A stretch of DNA of 64,000 nt from Podarcis bocagei (taxonomy: Eukaryota), in the NCBI GenBank assembly GCA_964188305.1, contig OZ076889.1. One strand, 5' to 3'. Positions 12,912-23,419 of the stretch are shown one piece after another (position 1 is the first letter of the stretch; each line of letters starts with the position of its first letter). Position numbers and translations under genes: made by a program. The notes under the pieces were generated by a model that had not been told where the DNA came from, did no database searches, and worked only from the letters and a program-made list of their open reading frames with translations.

Positions 12912-13676
12912 CTGGTTGATCACTGCAAAAACAGAATGCTGGACCAGTCAGACCTCTAATCTGAACCAGCAGGGCTCTTAGGTTCTTACAGTTCAAGGCA
13001 AAAGCTATAAAATGCAGCAAGGCAAAAAAGCAAATACTTAATCTCAGTGAAAGGGGACAGAAACAGGAATTAGTGGACAGAGGTAGCTGATGTTTGAAGT
13101 GGCATGTTTGTGAGCTCTCTTGATAGAAACCGCTCTCTAAACAGCACCGTGTATCATCAGATTCACTGGGCTCGTTCCCAAGTTAACTTAAGGAAGTTCA
13201 CAGAAGGAAAGTTTCCTGCCTTCTCCAGCCACCTGTGCTCCCTGAAAAGTCAGTCTGGGAGGTCAGGAGCCCTCTTGAGCAATGTGGGATGGGTGAATCA
13301 CCCCAAACCAGGATTGATCTCAATGGGCTCAATGTAAAGTTAACAGAAGGAACACTTCCCTTTCTCTTTTCCCCAGCAGTCCCATTTCACATTGCTCATG
13401 AAGAACTGACCCTACACAGAAGCTGTTTGGGCCTGGGCTGGGGTGTCAAGTGGCTATAGGGAGAAGGGGATGGGAAACATCCAAACCATTGGGTGACTAG
13501 GGCAGCCTTCCTCAACCTGCTACCATCCTGTCTGGTCAGGAATTAGTCCAAACCCTCTGGAAGGCCCCAGATTAGGGAAGTCTGGTTTGGGAAGAAAGCA
13601 AACTGCTAGCCTTCTGCAGCACCTTCAAAGATTCCTGTCTCATCATTGCCTTTTTGGAGACTAATGCAATGAATAG

Positions 13677-13694
13677 GAGGCCCTCTGGTGGACA
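13677..13694 (-). promoter_or_regulatory. Candidate CTCF site
   Basis: The reverse complement TGTCCACCAGAGGGCCTC closely matches the CTCF core CCACCAGGGGGCGC. Motif match only. Confidence 0.35.
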
Positions 13695-13840
13695 ATTGTC
13701 TACTAGCAACCATCTACAACACCATTTTTGAATAAGAGAAACAGTGGTAATAATTTAGCAACCATGCATGTCTCAATCCTGCATTGAACCACGGGCAGCT
13801 ATCAAGTGAAGCACATACAGCATAACATGTGTTTCCCTAC

Positions 13841-13941
13841 TTGACATGACTAAGTTCCTTCTGAGTGCTCTGGGTCTCAATCCTAGCTTTGTCCAAGTCC
13901 TTAGTCTGAGCTTTATGACTGTCCTTCAGATCTTCCAGCAT
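13841..13941 (-). CDS. CCDC163: CCDC163-like coding exon 8
   Basis: tcttcttattcccag|ATG...GTC AA|gtaggg. 101 nt, phase 0-2. MLEDLKDSHKAQTKDLDKARIETQSTQKELSHV. Confidence 0.82.
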
Positions 13942-14682
13942 CTGGGAATAAGAAGACAGATAACTATGGTTTTAACCTAAGCTTTTAGGGTTAATTTTGT
14001 TTTTAAAAGAAATTCCCCCCACAAAAAAAACATAAGCAGGGAGTTAAGAGTGTTTTGGGTATTTGCTTGTTTTTTAGTTTTTAAGTATATCCATAGTTTC
14101 CCAGTGATGTATTCTGCTGCAGAGATTAGCATATACCCACAGACAGAAGCAGAATGGCAAACACATGTGACCATATTCCTAATACCACTGCACTGGTTTT
14201 TCCAGGCTAGGGAAGCACAGCACAGTGGTATAATGACCTTAAGAGGTGCCCACAAGTTTCCACAATGTTTGGAAGCAGTACTAAGTCATTAACTATGTTT
14301 TAAGCGAATTAGGCTGTGAACAAGCTAAGCATCTGTGTATACAGCTGTAACCCTCCCACTTGACTCCTCCCTCCATGAACAAAACAAACAATGAAATCAT
14401 TTTGCATTCAAACCAGCACTTCTGGTTTGTCTCCAAATAAAACCTCACAATTTGAAGCCAAGGTTAAATCATTACTTCCCAATAGTGGTTTGTTTGCTCT
14501 AAGCCCACACTCTATTTTAATGTGAAAGCCGGAAAGGCAGGACATACATCAAGACTGATGGTGGTGGCTACAGTTCAGGAATCTTTCCATAGCTTAAGAA
14601 ACCATCATTAGGGAAGGAAGAGTATTTAAACAAGTGGCATCAAAGGTGAATGACTACTTCTTGAACTGAGTATTTGCTAGAG

Positions 14683-15161
14683 CAGCAGGTGGGGCAAATC
14701 TTGGCCAACCAGGCAATTTTCCACAAACCATGCCCACCAGTCAATCTGCTGACAAATCCGAGTGGCATCAGCTGATTGTCAGGTGGGCAGGGTTCAATTC
14801 TGCCTTGGCTGCGCAAACAGGTACTTGCAACCCTTTACTTCTCAGCTGATAAGCAAAGCTTAACTCCTTCTCATGTTGGCTGTATGAGCAGGCACCACAG
14901 TCAAGGCAAGCCAAAAGGAAGGTGCTTTTTATGAGCATTGAAAGAAAGGAAGAGAGTTTTCACAAGCCAAGGCAGAGTGCATGAGGGAAAAGGCCTTTGC
15001 TTGCAAAATGGCCCTTTCTTCATTTCCTCCTGGACGCAAGGATTTTCGCAAGTGGGCAGGACACTCACCTGTCAATCATGTAACATGTCATAGAATTGAC
15101 GGGTAGGTTGTTGACCTGCGAGGAGGTACCAGATAAAGCAAAAAAAGGTTCCTCACCCCTG
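14683..15161. mobile_element. hAT (Charlie-like) non-autonomous element
   Basis: CAG...CTG termini with degenerate TIRs and a perfect 8-bp TSD tgctagag (14675-14682, 15162-15169). Confidence 0.75.
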
Positions 15162-15352
15162 TGCTAGAGTCATCTAGCTTGTAGGTATAGTGTAATCTTG
15201 TTCTAATCTTTCAGTCATCTCTGTCTTGTCTGTCCAATATATTTTAGATATCTGGGGTAGGGACTGCATCCCCCCTTCATGTTCCATGCTGGGCCTAGGA
15301 CTACTAGCACAAAGGGAATGGGTAGCAGCAGGGAACCTTCTTAACAACGTAC

Positions 15353-15429
15353 CTGACAGTATCTTCTTTGAGTCTTCTTTATCTCATCAGTTGCAGACAC
15401 TTGGTGGAACAGATCATCCTCTTGTTGAT
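15353..15429 (-). CDS. CCDC163: CCDC163-like coding exon 7
   Basis: ttgcaccctttag|AT...CAG|gtacgt. 77 nt, phase 1-0. QQEDDLFHQVSATDEIKKTQRRYCQ. Confidence 0.85.
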
Positions 15430-15574
15430 CTAAAGGGTGCAATAAGCCATGTCATTTTCTCAATTCTGTACATATTTCTCTCTTCCCAATGAGGCCCACA
15501 GGGCACATAGCCTTTATCCCAATAGTTATTACAGGACAGAGGCCAGGGGAGCAGGAGCATCAAGTAGTACTTGC

Positions 15575-15642
15575 CTAGTTTGTGCTTCAGGTGTTCCATC
15601 TCTCTTCTGATGCACTTATATTCTTGCCACAAGATTTTCTTA
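15575..15642 (-). CDS. CCDC163: CCDC163-like coding exon 6 (GC donor)
   Basis: ttccttcttactctag|T...CTA G|GCAAGT. 68 nt, phase 2-1. KKILWQEYKCIRREMEHLKHKL resembles recalled human CCDC163 [20 protein letters not shown]. Confidence 0.85.
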
Positions 15643-16177
15643 CTAGAGTAAGAAGGAAATCAGGAACAGAATTAAGACAACAGGGATCACTTTTCTGGAT
15701 TTACTGCAAAGTCCATTCCAAAATCAGCTGTTTTAAAACATTAACAGTTTTGAAATTTATGGAATTGGCCCCATGCCATTCTGATTCCCAGAGAAATGGT
15801 AAGATAGAGCTCAAGCATGCTTGCATTGTTGGCTTTCTATAGGCTAGAAATCAGTGAAAAATATATTGCTAACCTACAGGGGTACACTCAGGTAACACAA
15901 TTCACTACAAGCAAGTGGTTATTAGAACAGCAACTGTTATTCTTCCCAGCACAGCAGCAACCCCATTCAAGAAAACTTGGCAGAGGCCACAGTTCATTCA
16001 AGTCTTTGAAGACATTCTCAAATTGCAAATGACATGCCAACTTTCTTCTAGCAATTAATGATCTGTAGTTGACACTTGGAAAAGTACTGTTCTTTGTCCA
16101 TCACCACACTATCCCACCCATCTCGAACATCCCTATACATAAAGCAGTTACTTTCACTAGATAGCTCAATTGCTGAC

Positions 16178-16358
16178 CTCTCCCGCATATCTTGCATGAT
16201 GCCAGGGTTGGAAAAAGGATCAGGAGTACAGTCACCATCTGACTGCTGAAACACTTGCTGCCGAAGGCTACGGAACTCAGTCTTCAGCCCTTCCATCCTG
16301 ACTCCCAGCACTGAGTCTAAGCTGCCATGAGAATTGTGTTGCAGTCGATCCACCTCCT
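16178..16358 (-). CDS. CCDC163: CCDC163-like coding exon 5
   Basis: ctacttcatgttgcag|AG...GAG AG|gtcagc. 181 nt, phase 1-2. EVDRLQHNSHGSLDSVLGVRMEGLKTEFRSLRQQVFQQSDG...MQDMRE. Confidence 0.82.
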
Positions 16359-17154
16359 CTGCAACATGAAGTAGGACAGGACGAAATTAGCCAATAGTAT
16401 TCCCCTTGGCTGTTGTGGAGATACAGTGACATTGATGCCCATTCACCGTTGGTGCACGGCAGTCTGTTAACCACATTCAAGAGAGGTTTGTCCCCATCAG
16501 AATACCATGGAGCTGGCAAGAGTGCTGACAGACATAAATGAAGTGTGGATTCAAGTATGAGGAAGGAGGGAGGAGGAGAAGTGGCTGGATTCTTAGGTAC
16601 CATGACATATTTCTCATAACAGGGTTATCAGCTAAGCAAGAGAAGAATCTTCCAACAGTTTCATTGGATTTTTGTTCATTTCTGGGTCCAATTCAAAAAT
16701 GCTAATTATTATCACTCACTAAAATCTGCTGGAGGGGCTCTCCTTCATGTCTCAGTGATGAATTATGTTAGGCTGGACTACAGCACAAACCCTCTCTGCA
16801 GTTGCACCAGCTATGGGGAACTTTTTTTATGTCCACCCTGCTCCATCCCATCAGCTTCTAAAGATGACTCTTTTGGGAGTTGTTGATGTTTGAAACCTCC
16901 TGAACTGAGGCATTTTCTCTGCATGCACGCTCTCTCCCATATTGTGCTTTTACCTTGTATTTTTCTCAAACTGTAATTGTAAGCTGCTTTGAACATTTTA
17001 ATACAAAAAGCAAAAATAGAAAAATACACGTTTTAAGTAAAATAAATAAAACTTGTGCTCTTTTAGGTTTAGAGATGAAACGTTTCAACAGATCAGTAAT
17101 GGGAGAAAGGGCAGTCTGGCAGAGGCAATGCCAAACTGGACAAATCTCTCATAC

Positions 17155-17236
17155 CCTCTAGGTGACTGATACTCTGCTGCTGCAGTTCCTTCTCCTGTTT
17201 CAGCCGATGTACTGCCTGGGTGAGGGATTCTATGAC
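17155..17236 (-). CDS. CCDC163: CCDC163-like coding exon 4
   Basis: ttctcttttctttctcttag|GTC...GAG G|gtatga. 82 nt, phase 0-1. VIESLTQAVHRLKQEKELQQQSISHLE shows a heptad pattern. Confidence 0.85.
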
Positions 17237-17384
17237 CTAAGAGAAAGAAAAGAGAACCAGAGTCATGGGAACAGCAAATACCATCTAAGCAAGGAGCTCT
17301 CAAAACCTTAGGCTGGAACATAATATACTAGAAAAACTAATCCTAACCAAATTGTTGGTTTGAGAACGTGTATTATTTCCTGTT

Positions 17385-17595
17385 ACATGATTTAAATCTC
17401 ACATTCCCTTCAAGGAGCAGGGGTTGGGATTCGTGGAATTCCCCACTATTCTAACTTCACGACAATCCAGTGATGCAGACTAAATTGAGGCACAATGGCT
17501 AGCCAAGGTCTCACAGCGAGTTTTATGCCTGAACAGCAATTTACAACCCAGATCTGTCTGCTTTAAAGTTCAACCATCTACTGTATGGCACTATC
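17385..17595 (-). mobile_element. Degenerate MIR/Ther1-derived SINE
   Basis: Reverse-strand similarity to the SINE at 46341-46520 (ccaaggtctcacagcgagttttatgcctga...). Confidence 0.5.
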
Positions 17596-17711
17596 TTCTC
17601 ATGTGGAAGACTTTGCATGTGGTTTTGCTGGTGTATGCACCCAGATGTATTAGCAAATCTTTTCTCTACACCATAGCATAGTAGCTTGTGCATCATTTCA
17701 GCGTCACTTAC

Positions 17712-17872
17712 CTGGGCTTGGGAATGCAATTGCTTGCTGATGGCAGAAAGCTCCTCAGCAGCCATTCTACAGCATGAGTGAGCTCCACATGTGAAATGCA
17801 GGGGTGGTGGTCCAGTCTGTTGCTCAGTCAGAGCAGCACCCTCAGTATTTATTTTGTCTAGCAAGAGATCAG
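17712..17872 (-). CDS. CCDC163: CCDC163-like coding exon 3
   Basis: ttcctttccatcccaacag|CT...CAG|gtaagt. 161 nt, phase 1-0. DLLLDKINTEG...MAAEELSAISKQLHSQAQ. Confidence 0.82.
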
Positions 17873-18633
17873 CTGTTGGGATGGAAAGGAACAAACCTGA
17901 CTGATCCACCTAGTATGGAAACTGTCAAAAGTATCTACCTACATTGCTTGCTCTCTAAATCACCTCAATTGCACCCTTCAGCCTACTCCGCTGTGCTATT
18001 TCTTGTCCATGTGTGCTCTTGGACATATAGCCCCTGGGTGTGGAATTCTTTCCTTTTAAGTATTCAGCTTGTTACCTCTTTCTCTCACTTTTAAGAAATT
18101 AAATTATTCTCTTGGGAGTCTATGGGATTCCAACCCTCTCCCTACTCAAAAGTTAATTATTGTAGGCTTTTAACTCTTTCCCCTTTTATACTACCTCCCT
18201 GTGATTCGGGCAGGAATTTGCTATACTTTCCTGCTTCACCTCATGCATATTAGGTGCTTTTATAAATAACAACCAATGGTGTAGAAGTGAGTTTACGACC
18301 ATTTTTTAAAAAGCAAAGCCAGAGTTGGAAAGGGGAGAAAACAGAGGTGGGGGTGGATGTGTAGGTTCAAAGAATCACCTCGCTGGACCAGACCCAGCTC
18401 CATCTAGCCTTTCATTCAGTTTGCAGGAGCAGCCAGTTAGTTAGATGCCTCTAAGTGCTTATAAGCAATACATGAAGGCAATTGCCTTCTCTCACTGTTT
18501 GCTCCCAGGATTTATATACACTAGAATCAGTAAAGAGCTCTCTAATCTCAAAACTTCAGAAATTTAAAGTATTAAAGAGATGTTTCTTTCTGCAAAAGGT
18601 GCTTTAGAATTATACAATGCAGATCATTCTTAC

Positions 18634-18667
18634 CTTTGGAAGAGATGCTGGCAGTGTTCAGACGTTG
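18634..18667 (-). CDS. CCDC163: CCDC163-like coding exon 2 (34-nt micro-exon)
   Basis: cttctgtttttgttccag|CAA...AAA G|gtaaga. QRLNTASISSK aligns with recalled human QWLYPLGVST. Confidence 0.8.
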
Positions 18668-19284
18668 CTGGAACAAAAACAGAAGATGGGACAGAAAGTT
18701 ATAACACTGTTTTGAATAAACAGTGGAAAGATTAACACTTGAATGTATGAATGCACATTGCTTCCACCGAGGGATGCTACATGAAATTTAAGTTAGAAAG
18801 TACTGCATAAACACTTGGAGAGGCACTGGCAAGACAAAATGTTCTCATTCATCATTATAGTGCCTTCAATGGACATGACAGTAAAACACAAAGCAAGGTA
18901 AATCTGCACAATGTCTTAATGCCACATTTTCCAGGCAACGACAGCAATTGTCATTTGCTAACTTGGCCAAAGATCAAAGAAGCATTCCCATACCTTTATT
19001 TATAAGATTTCAAAGCTGCTTTTTAGCTGCCATACCCAAACTGGTGTACAAAATAGTCAATGTATCTTAAATTCACAGGCTAAAAATAGCAAAACTATGA
19101 TAGCAATACAAGCCCAGAACTAAACAGTTTAACAGCAAGAACCCAGGTAGTAAGGGTGATTTCTAAAAGCAGAAGAAAATTAATAAAAACGCACAAAAAT
19201 GGTTTTACCTGTATCCAGAATGTCATGGAACAGAGTCAAATGAACAGCACTTAGAAGTTAGCTCCAAAGCTCAGAAAAACCCTG

Positions 19285-19627
19285 CAGATCCACATGGATC
19301 CTCAGAATTTTTGCATTGGGTCACCCCAAATTCACCATCAGATCACATAGCATGTCCATGGCTACAGCCTGCACCAAAAACACACACACATCCACTGTTT
19401 CGTGGGGCCGCAATGGCACAAAAACATAGTTACAAAGCATGGATCCACAGGATTTTTGCATTGGGCTACCCCAAACTCACCGTCAAAACACATGTCTGTG
19501 GCTACAGTATGAACCACAAAAATCATACATCCACTGTTTTGTTCAGAATATTTTTTTTCTTGTTTTCCTCCTCTAAAAACTAGGTGCGGCTTATGGTCAG
19601 GTGCGTCTTATGGAGCGAAAAATACAG
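19285..19627. mobile_element. One-ended copy of the Tc1/mariner element seen at 9916-10264
   Basis: Shares ggatcc...gatttttgcattgggctaccccaaactcac... and the right TIR (ttatggagcgaaaaatacag+TA). It carries two internal repeat units and lacks the left TIR. Confidence 0.8.
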
Positions 19628-19834
19628 TAATAGCCACCTTTAACAATCAGCAGCAAAACACTCAGCAGATTTTATTAAAGATTAGTTCTTGGAAACTATC
19701 ATCAACACATTTCCCCCTTGCAGAACACAACTTTGGTGTGATCAACTTTTAAATATTTAGCAGCATACACACCCCTTGTTCAATTACACTAGACACTTTT
19801 CTTCAACCAGTATGTTGCTCCAAACAAAACTTGC

Positions 19835-19900
19835 CTTAATTTTTGCCATGTTGCTGTCTGCTGCAGTCAAGAGAGAGCTGAGCTGTGTGTCCCAATCCAT
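19835..19900 (-). CDS. CCDC163: CCDC163-like coding exon 1 (MDWDTQLSSLLTAADSNMAKIK; GC donor); full CDS 1134 nt, 377 aa
   Basis: ATG in strong context (aacagcATGG) and donor AAG|GCAAGT. The peptide resembles recalled human CCDC163 [21 protein letters not shown]. The gene is head-to-head with MMACHC, as in mammals. All 11 exons join in frame. Confidence 0.8.
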
Positions 19901-20279
19901 GCTGTTAGCAAAAAGGTGTTTTAACAACTCACTGGCTGCCCAACTGTAACCTGGGAAGAGTCCTTGGCTAGAAAGAAATTCCAGCAGGAGAGAGGAACGC
20001 CTGCAAAAGCAGCAGGAGACGGTTTATTTTTCTCCCGTGAGCAACGCTGAATCTCATCATAGCAAAGGAGGGGTGGGGTGGGGAAGGTACAGACTTGGAA
20101 ATGCAGACACTTTTGCAGAAAGACTGCCTAACAAATTTCCTTCACACCACACACAAAAATGCCTCTTAAGGGAATGCAGCATCAGACACCCAACATCTCT
20201 GGGACAGATTCACAAGCACATTTTAACTACTGTGCAGCATATGCACTAACAGTTTAAAGAGCACAGCTCTAAAGCACAA

Positions 20280-21310
20280 CGCTCCGGAGGCCCATAAACT
20301 CTTTCAACGATAGACCACGGCTCTCTAGGGGCAGAGATAACCAAGCAGTTCCTCAGCAGAGGGGAAATTGAAGCGGAGGCGCCCTCTTCCCACCCTCGTC
20401 CTTAGAGACTGCGGCCAAGAGCAGCCCCTCCAGGGAGGTCGCTTCCTGGTGCCCAGGACACGTTCTGGAGCGCTGGGCGAGAGGGTCTCCCTCGGCCGGT
20501 CCCACAAGGGAGCGAGGAACTCCCCGCCCGCTTCAACCCAGCCACGGCCGGTGGTGGCTCCAGTCTGGAGGGCTGGCTCAGGACCCACGTCAGCCTCCCC
20601 GCTATGAGGACACCCAAGCCAGGCCCCACTCACTAGCGCTCCCGGCTGCCCCGACCAAACGGAGGCCAAGGGAATGGAGGGCCGGGGGCGAAAAGCCACG
20701 CCGGCCTTGCCTGGACCCGCAGCCAGACCCCCTCTCCGAAGGCAAAGGATTCGAACACGCACGTCCGAAACCGCTAAAAACCCCGAGGCAGGTTCCGCCT
20801 TCCGCTCCGCCGCGGAGGTTTCTGGAGAGGAAAGTCCGTAAGGCCCAGCGGCTACTGTGAGGGGGGACGTCACCAGGACTGCATTTCCCGAAAGGCTCTT
20901 CGTGCCCCAAAGAGCGGGGTGTCGGGAAAAAGCGTCCCCGTTCCTTATTGGGAGAGGCGCGCGGCCCGTCGCCGCGGCAGCGAAACGAGCTGCCAGCGGG
21001 AGGGAGGGAGGACTCGGCTCTCGTGTCCGGCGCGTGGTGTCCGTCCGCCTTACCTCATGGGAAACTACATTTCCCACAGTGCTCCGCGCTTATGCTATGA
21101 TGGAGCTACGCGTGGTTGAGCTGGAGAAAAGGATCCGAGATCACTTGGAGAAGCTGGGTTTTGAAATCCACCCGCTTAAGGTACTGCAGGAGGGGTGCAG
21201 AGTTGGGGAAAGGGAGTCGAAGCGAGGAGGGGGAAATCATCGGTTTCTTAATTGCATGTGCTTATTCAGACATATGGTTGGCATGCTGGTAGGGCAGAGC
21301 GGCGTTGCAT
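20280..21310. promoter_or_regulatory. CpG island / bidirectional promoter CCDC163-MMACHC
   Basis: GC- and CpG-rich. ZNF143/THAP11-type motifs ACTACATTTCCCACAGTGC (21064-21082) and ACTGCATTTCCCGAAAGGC (20878-20896), a CRE-like GACGTCA (20866-20872), and a reverse CCAAT (20947-20951). Confidence 0.85.
21100..21180 (+). CDS. MMACHC: MMACHC exon 1 (MELRVVELEKRIRDHLEKLGFEIHPLK)
   Basis: Homologous to human [27 protein letters not shown]. 81 nt as in human, donor AAG|gtactg. An in-frame ATG also lies at 21097. Confidence 0.93.
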
Positions 21311-22529
21311 AAGTGTTAACACTGACCCCTGTGGACCCAGAATGAATATAGGTGCTATGCTGTAGCTCCACACGGATTCATGTGGTTCACTGTGCCTACT
21401 TTGGTTCGTGATTCTGCCATTCTGGTCATATTGCTCCGCTGTTGCATTGTAGTTGCTGCTCCTTGTATAATATCACTTTTTCGTGTGTGGCTGCTACCAT
21501 TTTTTGGTGCCATTTGACGTTCTGCTGTTTAAATATGCATTTTTTAATAATGTGTGGAATGTTCTTAAAATAAATACGGTATGTGGGCTGCAATTTTCAT
21601 TTTTATTGCATAATCTGTTATATTTACAACATGGACATCTGAAAGGCTACAAGTAAGCTTGTTAGTGTTGTTTGTGAGCGAACATTATAGGCTGCAAGCC
21701 ATTAACAATCTCAGACATCAGGCACCATCTGATATACTAGCAGATCTTTTTATGGAAAAACAACCTGTTTCTCTGGTTATGTGCCAAATCATTTTTTACC
21801 CATTGTTTCCAGAAGTGTTCCATTTCTTTTACCGCCCTACGGGTTGCATTCCAGGATACCATTTTATATTTACCCCTAAGTTTAAAAAATAATTGTGTTT
21901 CTGAAATCCAGGTACGTAATATATCAGAGTAGATACAAATGAGATTAGATAGAGAAGGAATAAAGCACAATGATGTAGAAAGTGGGGTATAGCTGGGAAT
22001 GTGGCCAACAGTAGCTGGTTATAAAGATGAATGTCAAGTTCTGTTGTCTAGGAAGTTAAAGATTGACATTGAATAGATTCAACTAGTGTGAAGTTGGGGC
22101 ATGTCCTACCTGTGAGTTAAATATTAATCAAGGTAGAGGAAGAAGAAAAATGCATTTTTCTCTTTTAGGCCCATCAAATCCTGACATTCCTGCAAAAATG
22201 TATTCCTGGTTTTCTGTGGTTTAACTATACACAGTTGCAGCTGTCCTCAAACATAACTCTTGCATGAGGCAGAGAAGTCATATGACTGAAATGAGTACAT
22301 TGTGATTTGCCAAAGAGGCAATCAGTGCTAGAGGCTATAAAACAAATCTCCATTTGGCTTGCTAATTAATAAGGCCTAGAGGCTCTAGAGAAGAAATTAA
22401 ATCCATCTGTATGACTGTGTTCTCATAGGAGGCGCAAATGCTAATAAACTCACTGGACAGCACAGTGTGATGGGAAACAGGAGATGTGGGTTCAAGACCT
22501 GCTAGGGCACTGATCCTCATAAGGCTTGG

Positions 22530-22617
22530 TTTCCAGACCCTTGATCTTCTGGATCTCTCTTCTCTTGATCTGGACACTACAATCCTGTTAATGCAGCCTA
22601 GAACAGCATTAGTTGTT

Positions 22618-22649
<32 letters not shown>

Positions 22650-22985
22650 GCTGCTGCATCACACTGTTGACTGATGTTAAGCTTGTGGTCTACTAAGACC
22701 CCTAGATCCTTTTCACATGTACTGCTGACAAGTCTGGTATCCCCCATTATATATTGGTGCAGCTGGTTCTTCCTGCTTAAGTTTAGAGCCTTGCATTTGT
22801 CCCTATTGCAATTCATTTTGTTAGTTTTGTCCCAGTTCTGTTAAGGTCATCTTGAATCCTGATTCTGTCTTCTGTGGCATTGGCTATCCCTCCCAGTTTG
22901 GTGTTATCTGCAAATTTGATAAGGATCTCCTCAATTCCTTCATCCAAGTTGTTTATAAAGATGTTGAATGACAGTGGGCCCAGGC
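22530..22985 (-). mobile_element. CR1 LINE ORF2 reverse-transcriptase fragment
   Basis: LGPLSFNIFINNLDEGIEEILIKFADNTKLGG...CEKDLGVLVDHKLNISQQCDAAAK, with frameshifts and an internal (TTTTG)n expansion. Confidence 0.9.
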
Positions 22986-23209
22986 AGCATGTCACTTTTA
23001 TCCAAGATGATGAGGAACCACGAATGGGCTCTCTTTAGGTTCAGTTTGCCATCAACTATTGGAAGTTGAGTGAAAGGTGAAAAATGCTTAGGGAGAGGGA
23101 CTGTAGAGAAAGGTCTATGACAGATGTAGGAAGGACTCGGGACCACCCATACTTTGGGTGTTGACATCGTTCTTTAGACATAATCAGCAGGTTTATGGTG
23201 AAATGCACT

Positions 23210-23380
23210 TGGAGGCAGTAATGCTTCTGAATATCAGTTGCTGGAAACCACAGGAGGGGACAGTGCTATTGTGCTTGAATCCAGCTTGCTGGCTTCCCAC
23301 AAACATCTGGTTGGCCTCTATGAGAACAGGATGTTGGACTAAATGGGCAATTGACCTGATCCTGTAGTCTCTTATGCATA
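23210..23380 (+). mobile_element. CR1 LINE 3' UTR fragment
   Basis: ggaggcagtaatgcttctgaat...gagaacaggatgttggactaaatggg...ctcttatg. Confidence 0.65.
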
Positions 23381-23419
23381 AAATTGCCACCTGAACAGTT
23401 AGTTGTTGCTGGTGTTATT

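Noticed and set aside
20325-21077. 250-aa minus-strand ORF and other ORFs across the first CpG island
   Set aside because: GTG start, composition driven by GC content, no recognisable domain. Stops are simply rare in CpG islands.
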